NCBI RefSeq assembly: GCF_902713615.1
Contig: NC_052146.1
Location: 71,071,238 to 71,135,237, forward strand
Direction of reading: 5' to 3'
DNA length: 64,000 bases
Source of the DNA: Scyliorhinus canicula
Taxonomy: Eukaryota
The translations under genes were made by a program, and so were the position numbers. The notes beneath the pieces are model-generated. The model saw nothing but the letters and a program-made list of their open reading frames with translations, did not search any database and had not been told where the DNA came from. Below are positions 49,213 through 62,114 of the stretch, one piece after another. Position 1 is the stretch's first letter; each line of letters starts with the position of its first letter.

Positions 49213-49740
49213 GTAAGAAGTCTTACAACACCAGGTTAAAGTCCAACAGGTTTGTTTCAAACACGAGCTTTCGGAGCGCAGCTCCTTCCTCAGGTGAATG
49301 GAGATCTATGATCCAGAAACATTTATACAGACAAAGTCAGAGATGCTGGACAATGCTTGGAATGCGAGCATTTGCAGGTAATCAAATCATTACAGATCCA
49401 GGGAGAGGGATAATCACATACCTCTCCATTCACCTGAGGAAGGAGCTGCGCTCCAAAAGCGCAGCTTTAGGGGCTGGTTTAGCTCACTGGGCTAAATCGC
49501 TGGCTTTGAAAGCAGGCCAGCAGTACGGTGCGATTCCTGTACCAGCCTCCCCGGACAGGCGCCGGAATGTGACGACTAGGGGCTTTTCACAGTAACTTCA
49601 TTGAAGCCTACTTGTCACAATAGGCGATTTTCATTTCATTTTTCAAAGCTCGTGTTTGAAACAAACCTGTTGGACTTTAACCTGGTGTTGTAAGACTTCT
49701 TACTGTGCTCACCCCAGTCCAACACCGGCATCTCCACATC
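49213..49740. mobile_element. Penelope-like inverted-terminal (palindromic) insertion with a nested SINE (~49466-49642)
   Basis: Left arm 49213-49300 is the reverse complement of 49423-49460 plus 49644-49705. TSD ATTGTAGGAAA (49202-49212/49741-49751). Confidence 0.85.
49262..49296 (-). ncRNA. Minimal hammerhead ribozyme motif
   Basis: CAC-CUGAGGA-A-GGAGC(UGC)GCUCC-GAAA-GCUC-GUG: full catalytic core, 5-bp stem II, palindromic AGCU stem III, 3-bp stem I. Confidence 0.6.
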
Positions 49741-49762
49741 ATTGTAGGAAACAAAGAGATCA

Positions 49763-50198
49763 GTTTTTTTTTAAAAAGTTTTATTCAGATTTTAACATTT
49801 TATGCATAAAACAAAATAACACCAAGCAAAAAAAAATAACAGAAGATCCCCACCACCACTCTACCAGCCAGTGCATATATGACTGAGCCACACACACGTG
49901 TAACCAACTCTTTAAAGTGAAGGGTAAGCAGACTCCATCTCTTATGGAACCCTTTGATCACCCCCTCAAGGAAAACATAACCCTAACAGGAACCACGTCT
50001 GCTGCTCTGACAGGTCCGACACCCCACATATGACCCCCAGGGGACTGGGCTCCAAGTGCAATGTCGCCGACATGATGCTGAACAATGAAGCCCAAAACCT
50101 CTCCAACTTTGGGCAGAACCAGAACATATGTACATGGTTGGTCGGACCACTCCTACACTGCTGCTTTCTGATGATATTTCTGAAAGTACATTCATTTG
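49763..50198 (-). mobile_element. L1 3' end fragment (orthologue of 13027-13400, with tail retained)
   Basis: T-rich tail at 49763-49780 and ORF2 C-terminal sequence on the minus strand. Confidence 0.7.
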
Positions 50199-53100
50199 TG
50201 GGCAGTGATAAGAATTCGACACTTTGCTATGTGTGTGGCTGCTGCACCATCGGATTTGGGAAGAATTTCTAGGTAAGATGATAAAACAAGGCAATTTTTT
50301 ACAATGGGATGAACCTCTAAGACACTATTCAGACGAATTTCCTGCTGTACATGCTCTGATGATTCGTCCTTGGTTTCTGGTCTTGAGGACCGTGTTAGTG
50401 GCAAGGAGAAATTTGGATGGAACAAGTGGGGATGTCAATTTATTTCACTCCTGGAAAGAGGCTCTTCCAACACTCTTGCGATGTGATCATCTAAGGGGTC
50501 AAGCATTTAGTCTCCCTGGACAACTATATATAATTTACCATCGATACACAAAGCATTGCATTGGTGGTTTCGGTGGACAAAGATTGGAATGTTGCTTTGC
50601 TGCAATAAACATAGTTGATTCCTCACATGAAAACACAGACTTCATCTGGCTCATCAGTGGATTTGAATGGTATACCAATGTCTAAGATCGCATCTTCGAA
50701 TGGATCACTCAGAACGGCACCAGCTATTTTCCCATTTCCTCCTTCAGGAAAGATGTTGCTACAGTGCCTTCTGTATCCATATCCTCCAGCCTAGCTTTGG
50801 AAAGAACTGAGAGCCAGCCTCATTATTCACCCAGGATGCGAAGGGTGATGGGGGGAAAAAAATCACTTTTCAATGAATGGCCCTCATCAGCTGTTAGAGG
50901 ATGAAATTCCATTGATTCTTTTCAAAGAGCCCTTTTAAGGAATGTCAGTATTGTTGCCTATGCCAACATCTATTCCACATTAAAAACGTGGCAATGTGCT
51001 GCCTTGTTTAACTGCTGAAAGCCTTGTATCATGGGAATTCCCATAGTGCTTTTGGGAGGGAGCTCTAGAATTTCGACCCAGCAACAGTGAAGGAAGGGCG
51101 ATTATATTTCCAAAATCGGGATGACTGAGTGGTCATGCAGCTGGTGGTGTTCCTGTGCATCTGCGGGTCTTGGTCCAAAAGGTGGTAGATCTTGCAACTT
51201 TGGAAAGTGCTGTCGATGGAGCCTTGGTGAGTTTCTGCGTTGCGTCTTGTAAATGGTGGGCTGCTTTTTCATGGTTTGTGTCGATCTTTGAGTGTTGTGG
51301 GAGCTGCACTCATCCAGGCAAGTATTTGTATTTTGTAAGCAGTGAACTGGCTTTGGGAGTCAGCAGGTAATTTACACTCCAAGAGTTCCCACCTATGACC
51401 TGCTCTTGCAGCCAGTCTTTATCTAGAATTCCTACAGCGCAAAAGGAGGCTTTTGGATCCATGTCTGCACAGACACTCTGAAGCAGGGGTCTACCTAGGC
51501 CCACTCCCCCAGCCTATTCCGGAATTGATCATGGCCAATCCACATTAACCCTGTGCATCTTGGAAACCGCAAGGAAACCCATGCAGATATGGAGTAAATG
51601 TGTAAAATCCACAAAGACATGCAGGTCAAAATCGAACACGGGTCCCTGGTGCTGTGAGACATCATTGGTAAGCAACGTGCCACCGAGCCTTGGCTGAGTG
51701 AGTTCAGTGCCTGGTCAGGTCAATGATACCTCCCAGAATGTTGACAGTCGTGCTTTCAGCCATTGAATGTCCGTGGAGATTATTCCATTCTCAAGGGTTA
51801 AAATGGTTATTGCCTGGTACGGTTTGTTACTTATAACTTTACACATTCGTCCATTAAAGGGATCCAATTGTCTAATTTTCCACTAGCATCCATTATTTTC
51901 CAAAATACCCAACAGTTTAACAACATCACCACCCAATATGGATATGGCTTGATTGTGAACAATTTAAAGACAATCAATGATCTGTCGTTCCTTGTAACAA
52001 AGAGTGGTAATGATCTGAACATTCATTTTAAACGTTTGTGCCACAGGGAGAATTCCTTCGGCATCTTCCCCATATCGATTGCCTGAGGAATCCCTTCCAA
52101 AGGTTATCTCTCCGCTGGCCTGCAGACAGACTGATGTTTCAGCTACTGGCTTATGTACCTCCGAGATATTGAATTCATTGCTGCCATATCGGGCAAAGGC
52201 ACTGTTGTGCATTGAACGACAATGAGGCATTCTGATTTAACAGGGTCTACATCGTATCAATGAAATCACCATGATGATATGTTGCAGTATGTTATTAAAA
52301 GCTTCGTAATATTTTAGAATCCTGATTTAACATACAGGCAGACTTAGTATGCAAAAGGTACAATTTGAATGTCATAAAAATGAGATGATCATTGTTTCCA
52401 ACCATGTATTTGTTAACCTATATAATCTCGAGGAGCTGAATGGCCAGTTCTTTATCCTATGTTCCTTTCTAGATATTGATGATTGAGGTTTAGCACATAT
52501 GTCATAGAATCCCTACAGTGTAGGAGGTGGCCATTAAGCACTGGACCTCCAAAAAAGCACTTCCTAAGACCACTCCACCGCACCATCTTTCATGACCGTG
52601 ATCATGATCAATCCAACTGTCCTGCATATCTTTGGGCTGTGGGGGTGCAACCAGAGCACCCAAGGGGAAACTGGACAAATTCCACAGTCACCCAAGGCTG
52701 GAATCAAACCCGGGTCCATGGCACCATCAGGCAGCAATGTGCCACTGAGCCGTGGCTGAGTATCTCCAGTTTCAATCGCAACTCCCAGAAATGTTGGTAG
52801 CATGGATTCGGCGATGGTCATGCCATTGAGTGTTAAATTCTATTTTCGTTAAGAGAGGGCCATTGCCTGGTGGGATGTGTTACTTATTAAATTGAAATAC
52901 GCCCAGTAAAGAGATCCAGTTGGCCAAATGTACACCTGCATTCATTTTTTTAAAGAATATACAAATGTGGAGGCATTTATGCATCAAACCTTTCTTTTGT
53001 AAATTCTCTTGATATAATTGATATTGATATTTACTTGAATGCATGGAATAGAAACACGTATGGAGAGAAACATTCAACTTTAAGGGGGTAAACAATTTTT

Positions 53101-54075
53101 AATTTTGACTCTTGAATGGTAATGGAAAGAGTCTGTTTTCTTTTGAGTTTCAAAACCTTGTTATTTGAGAAGTGAAAAATTAAACACATTGTTTCACTAC
53201 TTGCCTCTGGGATCATTTTACAAAAGCAATATTTGTTCTGTTTTATTATTTCCTATGATGAGTAAATGTTATTAAGGTAATGCTTTTGTGAGCATAGAAA
53301 ATATGCTGCTTTACTTCTAATGGACTTAAATGCTATTTGAAATGAATGAGTTTCTGTGAAAGGATGGGGACTGTTATGTGCCCATGAGTAACGTGATCTA
53401 TAGTTCGGGAGATATTGTTAAACCTGAGAGTGCCGATGCTGTGTTTTTGAACATCCATGACCAGAAAGGATACTGATTTATTTGTACTGCCTTGTGAGCA
53501 TCTGACTGGAAGCATGAGCTCAGTGCCAGCAAGTTCTGGTTTCCTCCCACAGTCCAAAAATGTGCAGGTTAGGTGGATTGGCCATGCTAAATTACCCTTG
53601 GTGTCCAAAAAATTTAAGTTGGCTTACTGGGTTACGGGGATAGGGTGGAGGCATGGATTTGAGTAGGGTGCTCTTTCCAAGGGCCGGTGCAGACATGATG
53701 GGCCAAATGGCCTCCTTCAGCCCTGTAAATTCTATGAAACATCTATGCACAACATCGCAGAAGGAAGAAGCATAAAGTCTCCAGCTTGAGATGAAGTATG
53801 ATCCCCACTCGTGCTTGACCAGCATGAGTGGGTAGTGATGCCTCTACAGTCCATTACATAAGTGTTAGCAATTAAAATCTATGCTTGTAAACTTAGTGGT
53901 AGACAAAGAATGGAATTGATGCGTGCGATACAGTTTAAACAAACCAGTCTTGTAGCAGTCATAGTTTTTTTTTACATTTTTCATAATAAGGACATGATTT
54001 GATTTAAAGATAAAATTGAGTCTACCAATTAAACGGTGTCACTGATTCTAGCATCAGGTCATATAAAATGTTTTA

Positions 54076-54256
54076 CTATGGGTAATCCCTGATTCATTTT
54101 TGTTATTTGTTTATGTAAACATGCGGGCTAATGTTTGGGGGTTGTTGGGAGGATGGGGTTGTTATCGTTATGGGGATTGACATATTTGTTGCTGGTTATT
54201 GTTGGTGGGTGTAAATTCGGGAGAAAATGTGAAAAAGGAGGAGAACTTTTTAAAAA
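54076..54256 (+). mobile_element. ~180-bp L1-type 3' UTR insertion, unit 2 only
   Basis: TSD GTCATATAAAA(A)TGTTTTA (54058-54075/54257-54275). Resembles the tail of the ORF1-only element. Confidence 0.75.
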
Positions 54257-54301
54257 GTCATATAAAAATGTTTTATATAAATTCCTCAAAAGACAATTAA
54301 T

Positions 54302-56816
54302 TTGGCAATGAGGGAAAGCATGGTGGAGCAGCAGGGCCACGGGGAGATGGCACAGTGGTCGACGAAGCAGCTGGTGATGTTTTTTGAAGATTGCTTAGCC
54401 AAGCTTAAGAAGGACACGCTGGACCCCCAAGGACCCCCAACAATGTCTCATGCCTTGATTTTATTGATCCTGAAATGGGAGAGGGATCCGGAGCAATGCG
54501 GGTCGTACAGGCCAATTTCTCAACTGAATGTGGATGCCAAACTGATGGCTAAGATGCTGGCCACAAGGATAGAGGATTGTGTACCAGGACTGATAGGGGA
54601 AGACCAGACGGGATTTGTAAAGGGCAGGCAACTCAAGGCCAATATTCGAAGGCTTTTAAATGTTATTATGAAGGAACGGAGATGAAGGTGGTGGTAGCAA
54701 TGGATGCGGAGAAGGCTTTTGATTGGGTGGAGTGGGATTACCTGTGGGAGGCACTGGGAAGGTTTGGGTTTGGTGAGAGCTTCATTGACTGGGTGCAGTT
54801 GCTCTTATCAGGCACCAGTAGTGAGTGTGTGTATGAACCGGCTGAGGTTGGAGTGTTTTAAACTGCACCGAGGGATGAGGTAAGGGTGCCCCCTCTCCCC
54901 GTTACTGTTTGCTCTGGCCATAGAGCCATTGGCCATGGTGTTAAGAGCCTCTAGAAACTGGAAAAGGCTGGTTCGGGGGGGAAGGGGGAGGACCGGGTCT
55001 AGCTTTACGCAGATGACCTGCTCTTGTATATTTCAGACCCGTTCGAGGGGATGGGGGAAGTTATGCGGATCCTCAGGGAATTTGGTAATTTTTCATGTTA
55101 TAAATTGAACATGGGGGGAGCGAGATGTTCATCATCCAGGCAAGAGGGCAGGAGAAGAGACTGGGAGAGCTGCTGTTTAGAATGGTAGGAAGGAGCTTTC
55201 GGTATCTGGGAATACATGTGGTGGAACTTTTGGTATCTGGGAATCCAGGTGGCCCGCGAATGGGAGGCACTGCACAAGTTGAACCTATAATGGCTGGCAG
55301 AACAAATGGACGGGGACTTTAAGAGATGGGACATGCTCCCGCTATCACTGGCTGGGAGGGTACAGACTGAAAATGACGTTCCTCCCCAGATTTCTGTTTG
55401 TCTTTCAGTGCCTCCCCATCGTCATCCCAAGGGCCTTTTTCAAGCGGGTGAATAAGGTTATTGTGGGCTTTGTGTGGGTGGGTAAAATCCCACGAGTGAA
55501 GAAAGTGTTGCTGGAGCGCAGTCGGGGGGAGGGTGAGTTGGCGCTGCCGAACGTTTGCAATTACTACTCGCTGGCTAATATAGCCATGATTAGGAAGTAG
55601 GTAGTGGGAGAGGGGTCGGTGTGGGAGCAATGGAGGTGGCGTCATGCAAAGACACCAGTTTGTTAGCACTGATAACAGCACCTCTTCCATTCTCGCCGGC
55701 CCAATACTCCAAAAGTCCGGTGGTGGTAGCGGCTCTGAGAATCTGGGGGCATTGGAGGAGATATAAGAGAGTGGAGGGATCATCAGTTTGTACTGGGTAG
55801 GCTGGATGGTGGGTTCCAGAGATGGCAAAGGGCAGGAATTAGGATGGGGAAATCTATTTATAGATGGGAGCTTCCCCAGCTTGAAAGCCTTGGAGGATAA
55901 ATTTGAATTGCCAGCAGGGAATGGGTTGAGGTATTTGCAGGTGCGAGACTTCTTGAGAAAGCAGGTTCCGGCCTTCCCGCTGCTGCCACCACGGGGGATA
56001 CAGGACAGAGTAGTCTCCAGTACCTGGGTGGGAGAGGGGAAGGTCTCAGATATTTACCAGGAACTTTTGGATGCGAAGGAAACTCCAGTGGAGGAGCATA
56101 AGGGCAAGTGGGAGGGCGGGCTAGGAGGAGAGATAGAGGCAGGTCTGTGGGCGAATGCCCTAAGCAGAGTTAATGAATCCTCATCATGTACCAGGCTGAG
56201 CCTGATACAATTCAAGGTAGTCCACTGGGCACACATGACGGTGGCCCGGATGAGCAGGTTTTTTGGGGTAGAGGAAACCCAGCAAATCATGTCCACATGT
56301 TTTCAGCATGCCCAAAGCTCAGAGGGCTTTGGCAGGGTTTCGCTAAGACGATGTCCACGGTGCTAAAAACACGGGTGGTGCTGAGTCCGGAGGTGGTGAG
56401 CTTTGGAGTGTCGGAAGAGCCGGGAGTTCAGGGGGCGAAAGCGGCCGACGTCTTGGCCTTTGCCTCCCTGGTAGCCCGGAGAGGGATCTTATTAATGTGG
56501 AGGGACTCAAAGCCCCCGAGTGTAGAGACATGGGTTAGTGGCATGGCTAGGTTTCTCAGTCTCGAGAAAATAAATTTCGCCTTTAAGAGAGTCAATGGTA
56601 GGGTTCTCCCAGAGGTGGCAGCAGTTCGTCGACTTTCTCGGGGAAAATTTAAATATCAGCAGAAGCAAAATTCCAAGGGGGTGGAGAGGGCCGGATTGTT
56701 GTTTTATGGTTGGGGTGTGTGAGGATTGTGATGGGGGTGGAAATGTTTATTGTACCATGTTTATGTCGCTGTTATTGTTATTAAAAACTTGCAAATGCCC
56801 TAATAAAACATTTTTT
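54302..56816 (+). mobile_element. 5'-truncated L1 (RT to 3' UTR), unit 2 only
   Basis: SYRPISQLNVDAK, AMDAEKAFDWVEW and YADDL motifs. 14-bp TSD AAAAGACAATTAAT (54288-54301/56817-56830). Empty site at 15031-15044. Confidence 0.9.
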
Positions 56817-58446
56817 AAAAGACAATTAATATGTACCCTACTAATATTATCCAACGGTGATGCCAATCTCGAGGACATGATGTGATATGTGCAAGAGCAG
56901 CATTAATCTTTATCATCGGCAATTCAAGCACACGTTGAACTGTTTGAAATAGAATTTTGAACTGTTTAAAAGGGATTATTCTTATCAGAGCGGCTTTGAT
57001 TAGAGTTTGGGGGAAAGCGATTTCTTTTTAACCAAGAGAATTCTTCCCAAACAGTAATTCCGTCAGGTTTCGCCCGCATGCGCCGAGGCGTCCGTGGAAT
57101 CCAAAATTAGCCAATCGGCGCATTTTGACCGAATGACCAATCAGGGTAGCGAAAGGCTGACCAACCAAAGCAGCTGTCTCTTCACGCAGGCGACACCATC
57201 GAGTGCGTCAGCGTGGCTAGGTCACGTGATGGAGTTTCTGGACCTTGAAGGGAAAGTTCACTGTCAGGCGGTCGATATGGTGGATTCTGCCGTGGATGTC
57301 AGCTGTTCATATTGCGTGTGAGGAATTGGTCACTGTTAGCTGTTGGTGGGAGGGGGCGAGGCGAGAGGGCGAGTTGGTGCGCTTCATTTTCGTAATTGGG
57401 CTATATTGTTGCAGTTTTCAGTTCGATTTTTTATTGTTATGTTCGTTTTGTTTTCCGGTAATTTTATGATAGAAGTTCAATAAAAGTATTTTCAAAAACA
57501 AAGAACAGCTGTCCCATTGACAACTATTTGGGGGTGGGAGGAATTTTGTCCGTGATCCATCAATTTTATCACTTTTCAACTCTTCTGCGAAGGTTTGATA
57601 GAACTGACTGGCATCCTGGGTCCTTTCAGCGGGCAGACTGTGTGAGTCTGCAGTCACATGTCGGCCAGAACAGGTATGGATGTCATATTTCCTTCTCTAA
57701 AGGACATCAATGAGCCAGATGGACTTTACACCAATCGAGGATGGGTCACTCTTGAGCGTTACGGGGACTAGCTTGCAATTCCAGAGTTTTAATTCGTCAA
57801 ACTTAAATTCCACCAACTGCCATTTGAACCCATTAGCCCGGGCCTCTTTCTTTATAGATATTACCACTGTGATAACAGTTTACCCGACAGTGAATTAAAT
57901 GTGACGGCCTTTGAAATCGAGGCAACGTTTGACCAAATGTCAAAAGTCCAAAGATGTGCGGGTTAGGTGGATTGGCCATGATAAATTGCCCTTAGTGTCC
58001 AAAATTGCCCTTAGTGTTGGGTAGGGTTACTGAGTTATGGGGATAGGGTGGAGGTGTTGACCTTGGGTAGGGGGTAGGGTAGTCTCCAAGAGCCGGTGCA
58101 GACTCGATGGACTGAATGGCCTCCTTCTGCACTGTAAATTCTATGTAAATCTATGTAAATGTGGTATCAAAGACACCAAACAAAACTAAAGTCAACGGGA
58201 ATCAGAGGGAAAACTCTCCACCGGTTGGAGTCATTCCTGATAGAAAGGAAGAAGGATCCCGCTTTTGAAGGCCGATCATATCCGTTTTGGATATGTTTGC
58301 AGGAGTTTCTCAGGGTTGTACCCGAAGAATAATCATCTTCAGTGTTTCATCACTGATCTTCCCTCCTTCTGTCTATGTACTGTCCATAACATAAAGACAA
58401 AGTCTGACCCAGTCACTTCAAGGTGTCCCACTAAAATGTAAGCCAT

Positions 58447-58568
58447 GGTGTGGAGATACCGGCGTTGGACTGGGGTGAGCACAGTAAGAAGTCTTACAAC
58501 ACCAGGTTAAAGTCCAACTGGTTTGTTTTGAATCACTAGCTTTCAGAGCGCAGCTGTTTGGGTTCCAG

Positions 58569-58611
<43 letters not shown>

Positions 58612-59318
58612 AAGTCAAAGATGCAAGACGGTACTTTGAATGTGAACCTTTGCAGGTAATTAAGTCTTTACACATCCAGAGAGCGGGGCAATCACAGGTT
58701 AAAGAGGTGTGAATTGTCTCAAGTCAGGACAGTTGGTTGGATTTCGCAAGCCCAGGCCAGATGGTGGGGGACGAATGTAATGCAACATGAATCCAAGGTC
58801 CCAGTTGAGGCCATACTCATGTGTGTGGAACTTGGCTATAGGTTTCTGTTCGGTGATTCTGCATTGTCACAGGTCCTGAAGGCTGTCTTGGAGAAACGTT
58901 ACCCGAAGATCAGAGGCTGAATGCCCTTGACCGCTGAAGTGTTCCCCGACTGGAAGGGAACATTTCTGCCTGGCGATTGTCGTGCAGTGCCCATTTATCT
59001 GTTGTCACAGTGTCTGCATGGTCTCGCCAATGTACTACGCTTTGGGCCATCCTTTCCTGCAGCGTATGAGGTAGTCAATGTTGACTGAGTCACACGAGTA
59101 TTTACCGTGTACCTGGTAGATGGTGCTCTCACGTGTAATGGTGGTATCCATGTCGATGATCTGGCACAGATTGCTATGGCAGGGTTGTGTGGTGTCGTGG
59201 TGGCTGTTCTGAAGGCTGGGTAGTTTGCTGCAAACAATGGTTTGTTTGAGGTTGCGCGGTTGTTGAAGGAAAGTAATGGAGGGTAAGGATGACCTTGGCA
59301 AGATGTTCTCCTTCAACA
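58447..59318 (-). mobile_element. Penelope-like element 3' part with GIY-YIG endonuclease relic, unit 2 only
   Basis: Minus frames give YSCDSVNIDYLIRCRKG..YIGETMQTL and SLPVGEHFSGQGH. The terminus matches the other Penelope-like fragments. Confidence 0.85.
58571..58609. repeat. (AT)n microsatellite inside the Penelope-like element
   Basis: About 19 AT units. Confidence 0.95.
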
Positions 59319-62114
59319 CGTCATCGATGAAGACATTGACCAGAAACAGAACTAGGCCAATCCTATGAATACTGACGTCCTACGTGCAGACGTACGGAAT
59401 GATGTGGCCAATAACTCTTTTATGACTCCCCAAAGCCTGGCCGCCATCTACATGGATCAAATCAGGAGTGTGATGGAATATTCTCCACTTGCCCGGATGA
59501 AAGCAGCTCCAACAGCAGTCCAGAAGCCCAATTGTATCAAAGTCAAAGCAATCTCCTTGAATGGCACCCCATCCAGCCCCTTAAACAATCACCACTTCCA
59601 CACAGTGGCAGCAGCGTGTACCATCCAAAATATGCACTGCCGCAACAAGCTAAGTTCTTCTCACATCGCCAAACACACGACCTCCACAACCTGAACTAAT
59701 GTGGTCAGCAACCGCCCGGGGAGCACTTCAGCCTGCAAATTCCTCACCCAAATTTGAAACATCCCGACTTGAAAATATTTTGCCATCCCGTCACTCGTCT
59801 CCAGCTTCAAATCTGGGAACACCCTCCCTGACAGTACCATCGATGTACATACCGTTCTGTACATTCAGTTCAAGAAAACGGTTCGCACCACTTTCGCAAG
59901 ATAGATTAAGGGTGCACAATAACTGAACAGGCAGACTATGCCAATCCCCCAGGAAGTAATGGCAGAAACGTACTCATTCCCAAAATGTCGCAATTATAAA
60001 AAGTCGTGTGTTTTTTCATCCTGATTTCGCTTCTCTTTGGGCGCAGATGCGGTGAAAAAAATGGTTAACGATGCCAGTGAAAAAAATTAATTAATTGGAA
60101 TCCGAAGAAATTAGCTGGGTGATTGTTGTCATCGTGTTTAAGTGTTGCAAACGTTGGGACTGTCTGCTCAGTACTGTGATCTCCGATGTACAATTCAATT
60201 GGCAAGTGTGTGCAGAATGGTGAAATGTTCTCTCAAATTTTGCTCACTTCATTTATTACCACCAGCTTCAATATGTACTGTCACGTGGGGGGCATCTCAC
60301 CCCCATTTTTGCAGAAAATTTCACCTCTTGCTTTTAAATGTAACGAAGCGTTTCGTCTTGTAGTCAATCTGTCAACGTTGTAAATTTTAGATACGTTCCT
60401 CTGTGTGCCTGATTTTGTGGTGTCCGTTATCTCTATCTCATTTCTCGGTTACGTTGTGCAACACCACCACCTGCTGGAAGGAACGTGTAACGGCAGTTTC
60501 AGTTTGCGTCCTCTGCAAAACACCGGGTCATTTCCCGTAATTGTATTAACATTTCATTATTTTATTGTTTTCCGGGCACTAGATCGAACCGTTCATCTAA
60601 AACAGAAATCAGCATTTAAAAAAATTGAATGCTTAAATTATTGTTGCGATATCATATTTAGGACCAGGAGGTGTGCACTTTGGCCCCGGAGCCTGCTCCG
60701 CCATTTAATAAGTTCATGGCTAATATGATTGCAACCTCGATTCCACCCTTCTGCCTGCTCCCTATCACCTTTAACCCCCTTGGTCGCTGAGAATTTGTCT
60801 GTCTCTGTCTTTAAAATATTCCAAGGAATTCCAGGAAGAGAGTTCCAGAGACTCACTCAATGAGCAACCCATTTTTTAATGCAGTGGCCCCTAGTTCTAG
60901 ATCCTTACCTAAAGGAAACATCCTTTCCACATCCACCCTGTCAAGACCCCTCAGAATCCTATATGTTTCCATCAAATCACCTCTTACTCTTCTGAACCCC
61001 ACTGGATACAAGCCTAACCTCTCCAACCTTCCCACAAATGACAACCTACCAGGTGTTTGGTCCAGTGAAACTTCTATGAACTATTTCTAACACAGTTACA
61101 TCCTCAATTAAATAAGGTGGCCAATACTGTACACAGTACTCCAGATGTGGTCTTACTACTGCCTGTAAAACTGAAGCATAGCCTCCCTACTATTGACATC
61201 AATTCCCCTCGTAATAAACAATAACATTATATTCGCTTTCCTATTGGTTCTTGTGCCTGCCTCCTAATCCTTTCAAATTCTTGCATTGAGGTATCCATCT
61301 CTTCACATCTCAGAAATCTGAAAACTCTCACCATGTAGACAATATGCTTCATTTTTAATTCTTCAAGACCAAATGGAAAATGTAATTACATTTCGGTTTA
61401 ATATAGAATATTTAATGAACTACACAAGTGTTGGAGATGTAGGGAACTTTTGATTAAATAATTATGTGCTCGGGATTTGTTTCACAGCAACATTTTGATC
61501 CTTCTCCTCGTCCGTTGCATCACAATTTGAGGATTTTGTCGACTCAACGTCTTGATTTTCTGCCATGGATTTTCATGGGACTGAAATGGCCGATTCTCAA
61601 CCAATTTTGAATGATTCGTAGCAGCCTCCTCCAAGTCATTGGTGTCAATGCTGTGGCTTGAAGGAAAGTCTCAGGGTGTCTTCAAAGCACTTTCTTTGTC
61701 CTCCACTGTAATGTTAACAATTGGAGCACTTAGAAAAGACAGAGTCGATATAGTTTGGTGAAAGGGAACTCATATTTAACTAATATAGTAGATCTCTTGA
61801 GGAAGTAACAAGAAACATGAGAAAAGGGGAACCTGTGGAGGTGGTGCACTGGATTTCTAGAAGGTATTTGACAAGGTTCCATGTCAAAGGTTACTTAACA
61901 AAATAAGTCAGGATGTTGGGGTAACGTTTTAGCCCGGATGGAGGATTGCTTAGATAACACAAACTTTTGCACTGTAGGGATTCTATTCTAACAAGAAACA
62001 GATTGGCATAGATGGGCAATTTTTGGGTAGGCAAGATGTAATGAGTAGAGTGTCTGTTTGTCCCTTAAATGGACAATCTCCACACTCCCCACAGTGATCG
62101 GAGCTGGTGTCCCT

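Larger units (their letters stand above)
33253..62110. repeat. Second unit of the tandem cluster duplication (homologous to ~1-21900)
   Basis: Offset 33252-33254 over the gene. Colinear blocks continue to ~21900/62100, where the offset has grown to ~40 kb through unit-specific insertions and deletions. Confidence 0.95.
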
